Shown piece by piece: positions 35,898-50,300 of a stretch of 64,000 nt of DNA. The stretch covers positions 930,001 to 994,000 of the forward strand of contig CM102283.1 of assembly GCA_046563655.1 (NCBI GenBank), given 5' to 3'. The stretch's first letter is position 1, and every line of letters starts with the position of its first letter. The notes under the pieces are model-generated. The model saw only the letters and a program-made list of their open reading frames with translations. It was not told the origin of the DNA and did no database searches. Source of the DNA: Yuukianura sp. NJ FZ-2021 (taxonomy: Eukaryota). A program made the translations under genes and the position numbers.

Positions 35898-38800
35898 ATG
35901 ACTCTCACGCCGACAAATCCTCCACCGCAAAAAGTTGAACGACGCGAATCTACTCGACTGGCTTCTGGAGCTTCAAAATTTATTCGCGCCTTTCGGAGCG
36001 GAACGTCCCGGAAAGTGGCCGAATCCGGATTTGAAAATGATTTGGCGGGAAATTTTCGTCGAACCTTTGAACCTCCACTCCAAGCTCAGCTCCGTATCAG
36101 TCCTAATCCCAAGGGGCCTGATGGACCGTCCCACCCAAGACACACACCTCCAAGGGACACTGGGCGTCGCGTCTCCGCGCCGACGCCAACAGCTAGGACG
36201 GCTGAGGGGCGTGGTCCTGAACGCAGTTTCAGCTTTCAAAATGGCGGGAACTTCAAAACGGGTCATGTCAAGGCTTCACGAAGCCACGTCTCACGACCGG
36301 TCAGTTTCATGTCCACAGCGCATGAGCAACACAAAACAGGATCTCAGCAGGGTCGTCATGTCTACGAAAACTTGGAGGTCATTAGAAAAAGTTTGAAAGA
36401 ACAAAAGGCAAAGTGCGGAGACACAAACTCTCTACGCAACGTCGACGCAAACTCTTTACGCAGTAGTCACAGCTACGTTAACGTTCCACCGCGCGTTCCT
36501 TCCAATGGAGCTCCTCCCACTACCATCTCGGCAGTAGAATCAGGAGGGAAATTCAAATTGGATGGAAAAGAAAGCAAGGGAGAGAAGCGGCTGCTGAGGA
36601 GAAGTGCCTCTGAAGTGCCGCCAGATAGAATCCAGAACCAGAGTGGATCCAATATGCGTCAAAGTAGCCGCAGTGCCTTCGGTGGGCTTGGACTGACCAC
36701 ATCATCGTCATCATCAACATCACGAAACCGCAACGCGTAAGTTAAAATGTTCACTTTATTTTAATCGACAAAAACTGACAATATTGAGTCATAAAGAAAA
36801 ACCTACCAAAAAACGGATGTAAAAAATTGTTCAAAAGTAGCGAAAGCTTCCTAAATTTTGAAGCTCGAAACAGCAAAAGATAATTTTTTTAAATTCCGAA
36901 ATTCATATAATCAATTAACCAAAAAAAAAAACAAACTCGGCTTTTTATTTGTTAAATTCTTGGATTAAATTCTCATTTAATTTGTGTTTTTTGTTTGTGG
37001 ACAGACAGACAGAGACGTTTTTGGTTCAAAATTTCTTACACATAATTTTTAAAATATAAGAATTTTTTCGAATTCTATTGCCTAGTTTTTATAAAATTAC
37101 AATATGAATTTACTTTTTGACGGACAGACAGACAAACAGAAAGAGTGAGACAGAGTATTTTTAACTCTGAAGTCAAGCTATCGTTTCTAGGTCACTTTGA
37201 AGCCCGCCCCATTTTCTCTCCTCCGTTTGTTGTCATCCACTTGATTGAAATGTCTCTTGTTGATCCTGAGAGTAAAGTGATGCTATAGCATGTGAAGTGA
37301 ACCGTACTCTTCAAAATGTGCGCCATATTTCAAAATGTCGTTTCACTTTAATGAAGAATTGCTTTTTGCAAATAATTGGATTAAATTGAGAGACAGAACC
37401 AGGTTAACTCACTTGAGCCTACGTTTCCTTTTGATCATATTCAACATCTTTTCAAGAGCTATCCTGTCATCCGCCAATGCCACACTCAAGAGTAGGCCAT
37501 ATTATTATGCATGTTTGAATTCCACCGCCAACTTAAAAAAAAACAAAATTACGAGTTGCAATAATTTTAAGTTATTGCGCAATTTTCAAGTGGTTTTGGT
37601 CTGTTTTCTGTTTTCAGATTAAAACTTCTGCAAAAGCAAAACTGAAAGTTCTAAAATTTTGTTTCCTCGTTCTTTTTTTATTTTCTGTCTCCCTTTTTGA
37701 AAAGTGAGAGTCAATTTCAAAAATTTCTAAAACGATCAATTTATCTGTGTAGGAGAATGTTGCTGTTAAGTGGATTGTGGAGTACCGAGAGATTATGATA
37801 GTCTATAGGTTGTTGTACTGTACTGTACACGGAAGGAAGATGAATGGATTTATGGATTAGAGAATGGAATGCAGAAAAGTAGAAAAACAGCCGAATCTTC
37901 TGAATGGATCTTCTTCTTGAGGGATGAGGAAGAGATCATGAGTTGATCACCAGAACAAAGTGGAAATCTTTTTTCAAAAAATTTGAATTTCCCTCCCCTG
38001 CCTCCTCTTCTGTAAATGACCTTTTATGGTACAATTACTGCAATTGACGTTAACTTTTTTAAAATTCTTTGCAACAAAAGTTGTTAAGTTGCCTTGTCAC
38101 ACAACAATGGGTTGAAACTTGATTCCAGCAGACAGACACGTGAGAAACGGCGCCTTGATTTGAAATTTTGAAAAAGTTGTCTGGAATTTGTGCTAAAAGA
38201 TTCCAACGGAGATGCATTTTCTTTTACTCGGTTGAATGGAATTTTTGAATGAGGAAGATGAAGAGGTTATTGCTTTCGCCACACGTAGTCAAATGAAAAT
38301 TCAAATTTGAAGTTTTGTGAATGTTATTCTGAAGTAACTTTATGGTTTAGTAGGAATTGAATTCTTTGATGATTACCGCTAACTCATCTCATGGAAATCT
38401 CAAAGTCCGCGATCAGTGAAGAGATGAATTGAGATGAGTATCAGTTATTAATCAATTTATTCAAAAGTCCCTCCTTGAACAACTGAGAATCAATGGGCAT
38501 CGGATGGAATTAATACTCCCATAGTCTACAATTAGTCTTCCTACAAAATACCGTAAGCAAGGCTTCTCTCATTTGATTTTAAGTTACTCTTAAGCTACTG
38601 TGCGAAAACCGATCGGTCTGTCTGTCCTTCTGTCCGTCCTGTCTGTGAAACATACGTTGTGCAACAGTTATACTGCTACAAATTTACCTTAAAACGTAGG
38701 TCTTCTAAAACCACTACTTAAAACAACACGAAATTGCATCCTTTGTAACCTTTGTAACTCTTGGAAGTCACCCAATAAGTATAACGACACTCAATATGAA

Positions 38801-41800
38801 AAGAAAGATATTTCCTTGTAACCATCTATTTTGAGTAGTTACAAATATAAAAGTCTTGTGGTTACAGTTAAGTTGAAATGGATGCAATTCCGTTTTACTT
38901 CAACCGAAGAATTTTCAAACTTTATAATGTGAAATATAATGAATTAAGTTAAAAAAAGTATCGAGGAGCGGTCGCTACTTCGCTATGATGGTTTTGTTCA
39001 AGTTTAAAATTCTATTTTAATCTCACCCTTGGCCACTTCCTTGACATTCTACTTCTTCAATGTTCAAAGTTTTAATCCTCTTTTCTTATATTTCTTTCAA
39101 CTTGTCAATTCGGTTGCTGTTGAAAGGAATCCCAAGGGTCTTGGGTTCCTACAGTTTGGGATCGTAAAAGACTACCATTAGCCCAAGGGGCCATGGGTCC
39201 TTAATCTATAGGTTGTCACCTTTGAGAACACAAAAAAGTGAACCCTTGGCAATGAAAGGAGCACTTTTCAAATCGTATTTTAGTGCAAAGTGCTTTTAAG
39301 TTTGATTAGGACTCAGGAATTTGAGAAATCCGAGACGGTGGTCCATGATCTGTTCAAACTCAGCATCCCAGACCTCCATGATTCATCTTACTCTGATCCC
39401 TAAGTTTCAACTTTGTCTTAAAACTTTTTTAAAGGTTATTCGAAATTTTGAAACAAGTTTCGGTCTAAGCCATAAGCTTAACTTTTTGAAACATTTCGAC
39501 TACTTTGTTCTATCTGTTTAATTTATGGAGGTTGTAAAGTGTCAGAAGTAAGAGGTGTAAGTTGGTTTGACAAGTTCTAATTGATTGTTGCACTTTGGAA
39601 ATGGTTTTGAAGTGCATACGAACAGTTATCGTTAACTCAATTTCCTGTATTTCCCTCGTCCTTAAGGATTAGAGGCGTTGAGGTATCTCGTAGTGCTAAA
39701 AGTGAGTTACCCTGGGGGGTTAGAGGTCATTCGTTTTAAAGCGGGGAGAGGCCGTTTCGAGATCTCGTTTTTCTTGTTGTTCTGCCTGGAGCGAAACGAA
39801 CTGCATTTTGAATCTCCCTCGCTGTATCTTGGACTATGGGCCATACGTTTGGTCAAGACAACCTTTATTTTTTTGTGTGGAAGATTACCTTAGTTGTGCT
39901 CTCTGATTAATCCCGGGTGAGACTAGTACATGTGTGCATCATCCTTTTATCATTTACCTTGTTGATTCTTCCATTTAAGAACGCCAACTTCTCACCTTCT
40001 GCCTCGGTTTTACATTTACAACTCCAAATCCAACTAGGGCTAGTGCCCCTCCAATTTTATTGTTCCATTTACCGTAGTTTTATTCGATTAATACCACCAC
40101 TATTAGTAGAATTAACACTGAATCATAATACGAGCTTGATTAATAGTCGACATTGCGTTAATCTGTATGAATAGACATAATATAATAATTTTTCCACAGT
40201 ATACATTTGTACTTATTTTAGCAAAATCCTTGCATTATTGTACCGGAAGTAAGTACATCCTGTTCAAAAAATTTTGAATAAGTTGGTTAATGTAGTTTAC
40301 AACCTCACCAAACTGTTTCGGATGTATTTTCAACAATATTAGGTATAGGATACGTGTAGCTGGGTCAAGGTATGTGCTACATTTTATGTACCCTAGTAGC
40401 TCAAAGTAATATAGGTTTGTTATTTCAGTCAAGTGTTGATTTAAATCAGTGAGTGATTTAAATCATCTGCTGAACAGGGTAGCCAATACCCGCAGCATTG
40501 CTTTTAAGTTATGTTTTTAGAAGTACGAGTTAGTATGTAGTGTGTTAAGGGTGGAAGGAGACAATGGGGCGCTGTGTTAGCGTTGGTCTGAGGTGACTCC
40601 TTTTCAGTTTATCTCAAAAGCCATCGTCCATCGTTTTAGTCGGAGGGCCTCCGTAGCACTTGCCCAAGGCACTGCACCTCAAGAATTCCAAATCATCTCT
40701 TGGACCAGATGAGCAACACAAGAAGACTCGAGTTGCCTTAGGAACACTGACTACTTATTAGTGATCTGGCTGCAGCCACAGCAGGACCATTGCATCACAC
40801 TTCGTCCCCAGTTGAGGCTTAAAGTTACTCCCTCCACTCTTAAATTTCACTTCCAACCACGTAACAATAAGGAAATTAAGTGAACTCTCGTATCTTCCAA
40901 GTGAGTGCTCATTTTTTGGTGCTTTTGTGTACTAAGGAACTAAAACTACTTAAGTTGAAACTTAAGTTAAGTGAGATTAACGATTTCAAAATATCATCAA
41001 GTGCTGATTGCAGTTTGAGTGGTTTTCGTAAGTACTTTGACTGTTTTCAAAACAAAAATAGCTTTGCGGAATTCCCAGCTGTGAGAAACAAGGAAAACGG
41101 AAGACCATTTTTGGTTTTTAAATTTCGCGGGTTTGAATTCCAGAACGAACGTGTCAGTTTTAAACATTACGTTTACGTTTGTAAACTAAACGTTGGCTGA
41201 TAATCTTTTGCTTGTTGGGTGAACAAATATTCGTTCGCGGACTAAACATTTGGGTGTTAGTTGGGTAAAACGTGTTAAATTCGTTTTGTACGGAATTCGG
41301 TCCCACAGAAAACAAAATAACTGAAGGACTTTACCGTATCAGATTTCTGTGGGAGTAATTAAGTTAATTCAAAGATTTGCGGTTGTATTGAGGAGTCTGT
41401 CGTCAAAGACTACTATTATTCTGTAACTGTCGTAATTATAATAACATTGATTAACTAGATAGCAAAAGGAAGGGAGGACGGAGGACATGTTGAGGGCGAA
41501 CCAATTTCCTTGCAAAATTTCTTTTAAGTCAAGTCAAATTCCTCCTGTCCATCGTTACTCCTGAATAACTCGCCAACCAGCATGAATTCCTTACCAAATT
41601 GCCTATTGCAAATTCTGAGTTGATCCTGAGATTGTAAATTAGCATGCAGAGAGCAGGAAATGGAGGGTGTGAAAGATTCATTTGTAAGTTACAAATTGTA
41701 ACTAACCTAACAAAACAACTTAAAGTCAAAATGTTAAAAACCCTAACAAAAGTCTAATGTATTCTGTATCATGTTCGCCCATTTTAAGAGCACTTTTAGC

Positions 41801-44800
41801 TTTTTGGAATTAGTTGCTAAAAGTCACTTTACTAAACTGGGAAACATTAAGGAACAGAGACAATAGGCGATAAATGAATAATCACAGAAACACCCCAAGG
41901 TCAATTCAGTTTTTGCCAACAAAGGCAATAGCCACATTTGCTACGGTGAAACCCTTAAAGTTTTAGTTTTACATTACGTTTTGGAAGTTTAGAAGTAGTG
42001 GCTCAAGGTCGTGGGATCAACACAACGATTAACACCCTTCGTATGACGTCTTAATTCCTCAAAATTAATCGACAAGTGAATTACCAAAGTGTGATTTACG
42101 ACTTTGGAGCAATGACAACTTAAAATGTTTGTAAATCCGTTTGTGAATTGTGATTTCTAATTGACGCCCTTTGTTTATTTGTGTTTTCAGGCTCTGGGTT
42201 TGGACTACTGGCAGAAAAGAACCTGCTCCGACTGGAAGCGAAAATATTCGTGTTCATGATTCTACATCGTCATCGTCTGGACTCAAAGACACGGCAGTTA
42301 GCGCAGAGCCACAAACAGTCCCACCTCTACCGGTGAGAAATGACCCACCAAACAGCCAATCAAGCAAGAATCTCGGTCCCACCAGATCCACTCCGAATCT
42401 TGTAGGAGACACTCGTTCGCCTCTACCTCTCTCAGTCCACATGCCAATTTCGAAGGATTGGACTTCAGACAAAACCGACAGCCAAAAGGCACCGGGAACC
42501 GGTCATGAGAAATATCCAAGTTGGCCTTTCCCCCTAGGAGGTCAAGGTCAAACGCAAGGTCACGCGGGAACCAAGTCCTGGACAGAGGAAACCAAGTACG
42601 CCAAGGAAAAACTCCGCCCTTACGCCACTCCTGGCTTTGGAAAGCCTGGTCTTGAAGGGCTCCGAACATCAACGCTTCCACCACCGCTGGCATACAGGGA
42701 CCCTTCTCAGTCTCCTTCCAATTCCAATGGTTGTCTATTAGAACCGAGATGGCGTGACAAGGGCCCTCCGACGACAACATCGAGCAGTGACGATTTGGAC
42801 TTGTCAAGTAGCAAGAGAAGTACTTATGCTCACTCCGAAGGCTACCATTCTTTCATCTCTGACGCAACCTCACTCACGTCGTCCTTTGATCAACTGAAGT
42901 GTCACCCGCAGGCGACTCCTGCGCAAAATCAGCACTACCTCTCTCAGTCCTACTCTGCCTCACACCTCGAGATTTCGTCAGGCCTTGCAGATTTAGTCAC
43001 CAACGGCCCTTGGCTGTCCGAGGAAGAGAGTTGGGCTGAGGAACTGCGACAGCGCAGTCGTACTTCGCCACAACTCCAAGCAACTACGTCTACCTTAAGA
43101 AGACATTCTCCACCACCTTTGCCAGAAAGAAAGGAAAGTACTGGCAGTTACTCAAGTCTCAAAAAACCAGCTACAACGGCGGCCACTACCAGGAGACCAG
43201 GAAACTTAAAGTTTGGAGTCCCGGAAGAGGACACTTCCGGCATTCGACATTCGACTCCAACAATTGAGATCTCACCGACCATCGATACGCGTCCACCTCC
43301 CTCCGTGGCAGAGAGAATCATTGACCTTGAATCTCAAGCTGAAAGTATTTCAAGAGCCAACTCAAGGTCGAATCTTAGTATCTTCAAAAAAGAAGTAGAA
43401 CAGCAGGCAGAAGGTCAAAAAGCAGTGACTTCAAACGGAAACGGAGCTTGTTCGGTGGACAAAAACGAATCGGAGGAGTTTGCATACTTTGACCCTGAAA
43501 AGCGACATCTCGTGCCAGGCAATACTCTGAAGGCCATTCAGAAGCAGGCTCTTCTGGCCTACTATGAGCGACACGCCAAGAAAAGCCTGTCACAAAAAGA
43601 CCTCTGCAGTCAGTCACTAGAAACGGAGAGTCCAAGACTGGTCCCTGCGCGTCAAAAAATGCAGGCGCATGTGCAGAATGGTGAAAATGGAAACGCGTAT
43701 CCCGTTGTTCCGCCAGGCCGTCCACCCAAGAAACCACATCTCAGAAACCCAAAGGTAAAAAATGAGCAGACAAAAAATTTTAAATTTAAATAATTTTTTG
43801 TAAAAAAAAAATTGTATTTTTGCATTTTTTAACGAAGTCTTAATATTTTTTTTTTTTTGGCTTTTAGATGGAAGATTCGCTGGTTCCACCACCGCCTCCT
43901 CCACGCCCAATTTCTCGACGTCACCACCCCGCCCCACCAATCCTGTCTCAAAAGGCCCCACCGCCACTTCCGTTTAAATCAACAACATATCAAGGGCTCC
44001 CTTCCCCTGACCTGCCACCACCCCCTCCTCATTTCCTTGTAGATGAAGAGCCTCCGGTCGATGACCCCCTCCCCCCACCACCAACTCCTACGGAAATGAC
44101 CTTGACGGCGGAGATGATGGAAGATCCGTAAGACAAAATTTGAATGCATCTTCGTTGCGTAATTTGTTAACTGAAGGTCATGCATACGTTGCGGCTGAAA
44201 CTGGATCTGAACCAGAAAATATTTTTGGCGGCTTGTTTTTGGTGTCGCTAAGTTTCGAATTTCTATTTTGCGTTTCCTTTCCATTTCTACATGCGAGAAC
44301 AATGGATAATGCAATGTTTGTTTAGAGTAGAGATCTAGTCCAGCAAGCAATAATTTTTATAGAAAGTGTGATGACTCATGTATTTGCAGTTGTAAACAAT
44401 GATGTCAACGTTTGATATCTTTTGAATATAGGAGTTTCCAGTCAGAGAAGGTCACTGAGGGTCAAACTCTAACTTCTGCGTCTCCTGCACCACCCAGATC
44501 TCAAATTACTTCAACACTCTCTCCAAATGGTGAGGACTTTGATTTAATGTGATGTCTATCTACCTAAAAATATAAAAAGTAATAAAATGTTATGATTTTT
44601 AGGTTGGGAAGAGTACCACAACATTGGAGTTCCAACGACAACGACACACGACTTTACTTCAACTGCCAGTACAACTACTATGCCATTCTCCGATCCAGTT
44701 CACAAGTCATCACCGCCATTTCTACGTTCTGTGTCAGTCGATGCCTCAAATGGCCCTACAACGTCTAACGCCAGCGGAGTTAATAGTCGTGGCCCACCGC

Positions 44801-45962
44801 CAGTTGCTCAAGTGGCTCCGCTGCGTGGAAGCAAGTATTGCCAGAGAACAACTTCCATGGGTCCAGGAAGCTTCAAGGTCATTGATATCCCTGAGCCCCA
44901 CACTAATCTACCTGCTCTGCGTGGATTTCAACAAACGGCAAAAGTGTCACCGTTGAGAGACAGCAGGAATTGGATGGAAACACGACACCAGTCCACTACA
45001 ACTTCTGAGGCGTCTTCTCAAACAGAAGATGCAGTTGAGACGGAAGTGCCGGAAGCTCCGACAGTAGCTGTTTCACACGACGAATCACGAGCAACCTCAC
45101 AAGTTCCAGCGATTCTCACGACGGCATCGCTTGATACGAAACCAAAAACAGTCATGAGTAGCCAATACTCGCCAGTAAGACATACCGACAGAATCCCAGT
45201 TTCTGAGTGTCAGGATTTGCGAAAGCAGAAAGTAAGTTTTATAAAAAAAAAAATATTAACTATCTTTTTTCAGATGCAGTTATACATATTTTTTGTGCAG
45301 GCAGAGTTGATGGAACGCTTGAGTCGAAAGTTGGAGATTCTTCGTCGTGAGCAAGAAGCAATCGGTGATGAAATCAAGGGAAATGAAACCCTAGGAGAGT
45401 CAGTTATTGAAAAAGTGCGGGGAAGTGCCAAGCGAAACGAATTTGACAAATTCAAATTGCACGTTGAAGAGATTGGGAAAATCACGAACCTCATTCTCGG
45501 CCTGTCTAGTCGTCTGTCGAGGGCTGAGACGTCACTTTTAGCCATTTCACCAAATCCAACTGATTCACACGAAAAGGTATTAATAATATGCATCTGAATT
45601 TACAAATATTTAAAAATTTCAACATCGCGGGTATTTTGAAATGGTTTGGTGAGAGGATTTAACCCTTTTTTTCTCTTGTTTTTAAGACTGTGCTTGAGCG
45701 GAAACGTGATCGCCTGAGGGACCAATTGGAAGAAGCAGAGTTACTGAAAGAAAGTATTGATCGTCGGGCAATTCAAGTGGCGGGATTTTTGAAAACGTAT
45801 TTGAGTCCAGAAGACTTTGCAGACTACGTTCACTTTACGTCGATGAAAGCGAAGTTAATTATTGACGGAAGAGAGATTGAGGAGAAGATGAAGCTCGGTG
45901 AAGAGCAAATGATGGCGCTCGAAGAGTCTCTGCATCACGAAATCCCTGCGACGAAGCCTTAA
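35898..45962 (+). CDS. Shroom: Shroom-family actin/Rho-kinase-binding protein (multi-exon)
   Basis: C-terminal ASD2 domain (ELMERLSRKLEILRREQ, KFKLHVEEIGKITNLILGLSSRLSRAE, DYVHFTSMKAKLII..REIEEKMKLGEEQ), a YFDPEKRH..LKAIQKQALLAYYERH block and a poly-Pro region. Exons are approximately 35898-36736, 42191-43754, 43868-44127, 44432-44529, 44604-45231, 45301-45576 and 45688-45962. The start is uncertain. Confidence 0.9.
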
Positions 45963-47345
45963 AAGTTGTTTAAACTTTTGTTTATATTATTAAACGCAGG
46001 TTTAAACTTTGACGTTAAACGTCGCTAAAGTCAGGGTGCTAATGGCCAGCGTTAGGAAAAAGTCAACACTTATTACGAGGGGTTTCTTATTCGTATCGAA
46101 ACCCGATCTTCAAAAACTTCACTTTTTCCGTAAATAATTTGTAATTTTAAGTCCTAGGTATTGAATACAGTAAAATATATTTAAACAAATTGAAATGTAT
46201 TTAGGCATTGTAACTGATTATATTTGTTAGGCTAGGGAATGTTAGGTTGGTTGGATTAGGTTAGGTTTTAGAGTGAATTAGGTGCGGATCAGGCGACAAA
46301 GGCGCTTGACAACTTAAGCTCGCGAAGTCATCAAATTCCCATTGGAATTAATTGAATCAGCGTCAGAGATTTATTGAACAGGAGAAAGAGACGCATTGTT
46401 TTTGGGTTTTGGTTTGTCGACACCTTTATTTACTTTTGGCAAACAGTTTGTGCTTAAATTTCAACCCACAATACGAATCTTCCCGCCAAATGGAAAACAA
46501 CTCCAAGTTTTCCCGCCAAATTAAAGCCAAGACAAAAGGGAGGTGAGGTCCACCGGGACTGGAGTTGTCGCTTTTTGTTCTACAAAATCTCCAGCAGTCC
46601 TACATCCAGAATGGATCCGGAAAATTAATGTTGCGTATCCGAGGACTTTCCATTTGGTTCCAAAGGCAGAGTGGACTTAACTTTCATTGTACTTCATTTG
46701 AATGGAGACGGAGAGCTTGCGTCTGGACATGGTAGTGGACACAATGTCCAAGGATTTTCCAGGAAATGAAGGAATTTGTGCTCATGCCGAATTCGGAATG
46801 GCTAGTAGCATATAATGGAACTTCTGGAGTGGGAGTGCGTGTGTGGAGCAGAAAGCAGACAAAGGATCATTCACTGCTTTCACCAATTTGTCATCGTCCT
46901 CATTCCATTCCAGAGACGTAATCAAATTAATCTCGACTGTAGGAAAAAACACGCGGATTTGAAAAATTGAAAAATGAACAACTTTAGAAAACATAAAAAG
47001 TTGGAAGAATAATTTACGACTGATAATTTTCCAAATTATGAAAACCTTTTCACTTTATGCGTTTTGTTTTTGTGCTAACCCGAGCAGAATTTTTAGCAAA
47101 ATGTTCCAGCATTTATTATTCGACAATCAAGAATCAACAAATGATTTCAACTTTTTTCACAAAAAGTGCAGTTTTTTACAAAATATCGTTCGTTTTAGGT
47201 GCACCATGACTACCGAAATCGATTTAATAGATTGAATTTAAACTCTAGGTTTTGGTAGCACTCGTATGTAGGTTATTGGCGCTGGTTTTAGAAAGTATAT
47301 TGGAAGAGCCTAACTTTGAAACTAACTTAACTTTGGAAGTTAACG

Positions 47346-50300
47346 TTAGGGTGTGAACTCCGCGGGGATTGGGGGTAGCGTGGGTTGGCTATTGGTCGAA
47401 ATTTGATGAGGTAGAACAAGAACGTAGGTGGAAGACGGACTCAGTTTGTGGCTTTCCCGCACTTGCTGTTCGGCTGATTCGGGCTCCTCGTCTTGCAAAC
47501 AGCAGCAGAATCCAATTTGAAAATCCCGCTTGCACTCGTAGCACAGACTTCGCTGCATTATTCAAAACAAATCCGTTTCAATTTTTCTCAAAAGTTTCCA
47601 GCAGTATGTTTGAATTTTCTAAAACAGTTTTTGCGAAAAAGCTTACGTTTTTAAGCGATGCGTTTTTTCGAACGTGGCAGGAGAATTCGCAGATTGCGAC
47701 CAAAACAGCTAGGATGAGTCCAGCGAAAAGTACGACGAAGACTCCGCCGATGTTATCGGCCAATGGCGACGCTGCTTTGGAATCCTTCTTTTCGTTACAC
47801 ACGTCGCCAGTATTTTTCCACCACTTGTTGTACAGCAGTTGAATTGTCCCCTTCTCCTGCAACTCCAAAATGGCCAACGACAGTTTATCTCTCCACGGGG
47901 AACCTTAAAAAATAGACAAGAACAGTTACAAGACAAATGAAAAAAAAAACACTAGAGGTTGTTTGTATGTTGAAAGCTGGTTTGGGTTTTGATAAAAGGG
48001 CATTCTTTCATATTAAGTAACGACCAAAATTTCCCACGCTACGACCATCCAGCCTATGTATGGCTTAAATACGAATACTAATTTCAGTAGTCTATATAAT
48101 TATCTGACGTGTTTCCTCGACAGTTTCCGAACCGTAAATTCTGTTTTTAAATTTGGAAAACAAAAGATTTTTTTTTGTAATAAACTGTTAGACCGGCAGA
48201 GGTGAAAGTGAGTTTCTTTTTGTAACACGTCATCATGATTACTAGAGAGTGAAGGGGTGATGTCTTTGACTACATTAGTGCTTTCACTGCTTTCTTCTTG
48301 TGAGCAACCTTGCGTATTACACATGACACTTTTCACTTCTTTGTCCTCCCTTCCCTTTGTTTCACTTGGCTTTCCCGCTCCTTTGATAGAGATCGTGACA
48401 AAGGTGAAACGTTATCCTAAATGAAATACTTGGCTTTATTAGCTACCTTTGTTTTAAAAGCGGAAAAACATGAAAGTCTATTTTTTTCTAAAAAAAATTT
48501 GTTTTCTAGCTATTGTTTTCAAAAATTAGAATGTGACAAACGTTGGTTAAAATATGACAAACGTGATAAAATGTAGGTTAGGAGTATGTCTAACCTCTGT
48601 CAATTCTTGTATAATGCGCAGTTAGCACTGTATAATGCGCCATTCAAAGTGTTGGAACGAAAAAATTTATTACAAAAGTTTGACACTAGAAAAAAAAAGT
48701 TTTGAAGAGCGGCAAGAAAGAGGTGGGAACTGACAAAATAAGTTTAAATTGCAGTTTGACACGAAAAGTAGAAAAAAAGGAAAAGAGGTTTTCAAATGGA
48801 AAAACATTTGGCGGTTGATGTGTGTGTGGACAATTTACTTTCACTTGAGAAGAAAGTCTATGCAATTATGACAAAATGTTTCAAATTCAACAAAAAAAAA
48901 TCTGGGAGAAAAACTTTTTGAATTGTCTCATTTCTCCAAAAAGTGAAAATTCAAATTCCGCATCCCCCCCTCGTTTTTTCCAAGGGTGGGGTGTGCTACT
49001 TTAAGTTTACTTTTCGCAGAAGCCTCAGTGTCGGTTGTCATTTATAGAGAAGATTTAGGGGAAAAGGATGTTTCCTGCGTGGGAGATTTAAACCTCGTGC
49101 TTTGATTAATCATAATCCCATCATCCTCTTAAAACTCTTAAGTTTTCATCATCATTAAGAAAAACCAAAGATGCTTTTGCCACACTTTTCCTTTCATCTT
49201 CCGTCCAGAAGATCCAGCAGAGGAAGTCTAATGAATTCAAATGCTCCCGCGGGAGAGAAAGCGGGAACTAGGAGATGAAAATCTTATAGATTTTTCCATT
49301 AGGACACAATTAGGACGGGCACAATCACTTTGTCTTTGAGCATAAAACTGAGAGAGTCCTTAGCATATGGATTGTTAATTGAGATCGCAATTAAAACGTA
49401 CCCTTTGGCATGGCGATTCCGTAGCCCTTTGAATCCAGAAGTCCTCCAATTTGTGTGAGGTTGCAGTCCCTCTGCATCACGTAGTCAAGCATGGGAGACT
49501 CAATGAGAAAAGCGTAGTTCCCTTGCAAAACGCGCTCGATTCCCTGTTCGTACGTTTGCACAAAAACGTCTGGCTTTTTCTCCATGTAGCGCCACATTTT
49601 CTGATGCGTTTCCGTACTCGAGTTCTGGAAATACAAAATTATCATCAAGCGTATCCTAATCACACCCCTAAGGTAACTAAAAGTTAACTAAAAATTAACC
49701 TAGCATTCAATTTAAACACAATTCATCCCAACATTAACCTAAGCAACGATGAAGGAAAAAAAATCTGACATTTTTCAGTCCTGGGGCAGGATTCAGAACC
49801 AAAAATTTTTTCTTTCTTCATTTCCTCTCTCGTAAGAAGGAATCAAATCTCATGCGGGTTATAAGCCAGAATTTAGGGTAAGTTTAACTCAGATTTTTCA
49901 CAATACACTCCAAAAACAGAAAATTTCATGAAATTACTAATTTCAAATTAGTACTAAAACTAACCTAAAACTTGATATTATCGACCCGCATCGTTAGTCC
50001 TAAAACTAATCCGGGATTAACATGCTTAGGTTTAGGATGAAAGTTGGTCACACCAGGATTAAGTTGCAAATTGAATTAACTGAGAGCTCAACTTACGTTA
50101 GAAAAACATAGATCAGTATAAGTTTGACATAACACAACATAACTTTGGTGTAAAACTAACTTTGAAGCCGAACTCTGAAAGCCAAAATTGCAAATTGGAT
50201 TAAGTTAAGTCGGAAGCAGGAGAGGAAGTGGAGGGGCTTTTAAAAAGTGTTGGATTTATGTTGTAATGAGAGTAGCACAAAGGGGGCCCTTGAGCGAGAA

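Noticed and set aside
39650-40830. Possible SINE or decayed mobile/viral ORF in the Shroom intron
   Set aside because: The composition looks different but I found no A/B boxes, TSD or protein motif I could support.
42254-43967. Antisense and alternate-frame ORFs over Shroom exons
   Set aside because: Shadow ORFs of GC-richer coding sequence with no motifs.
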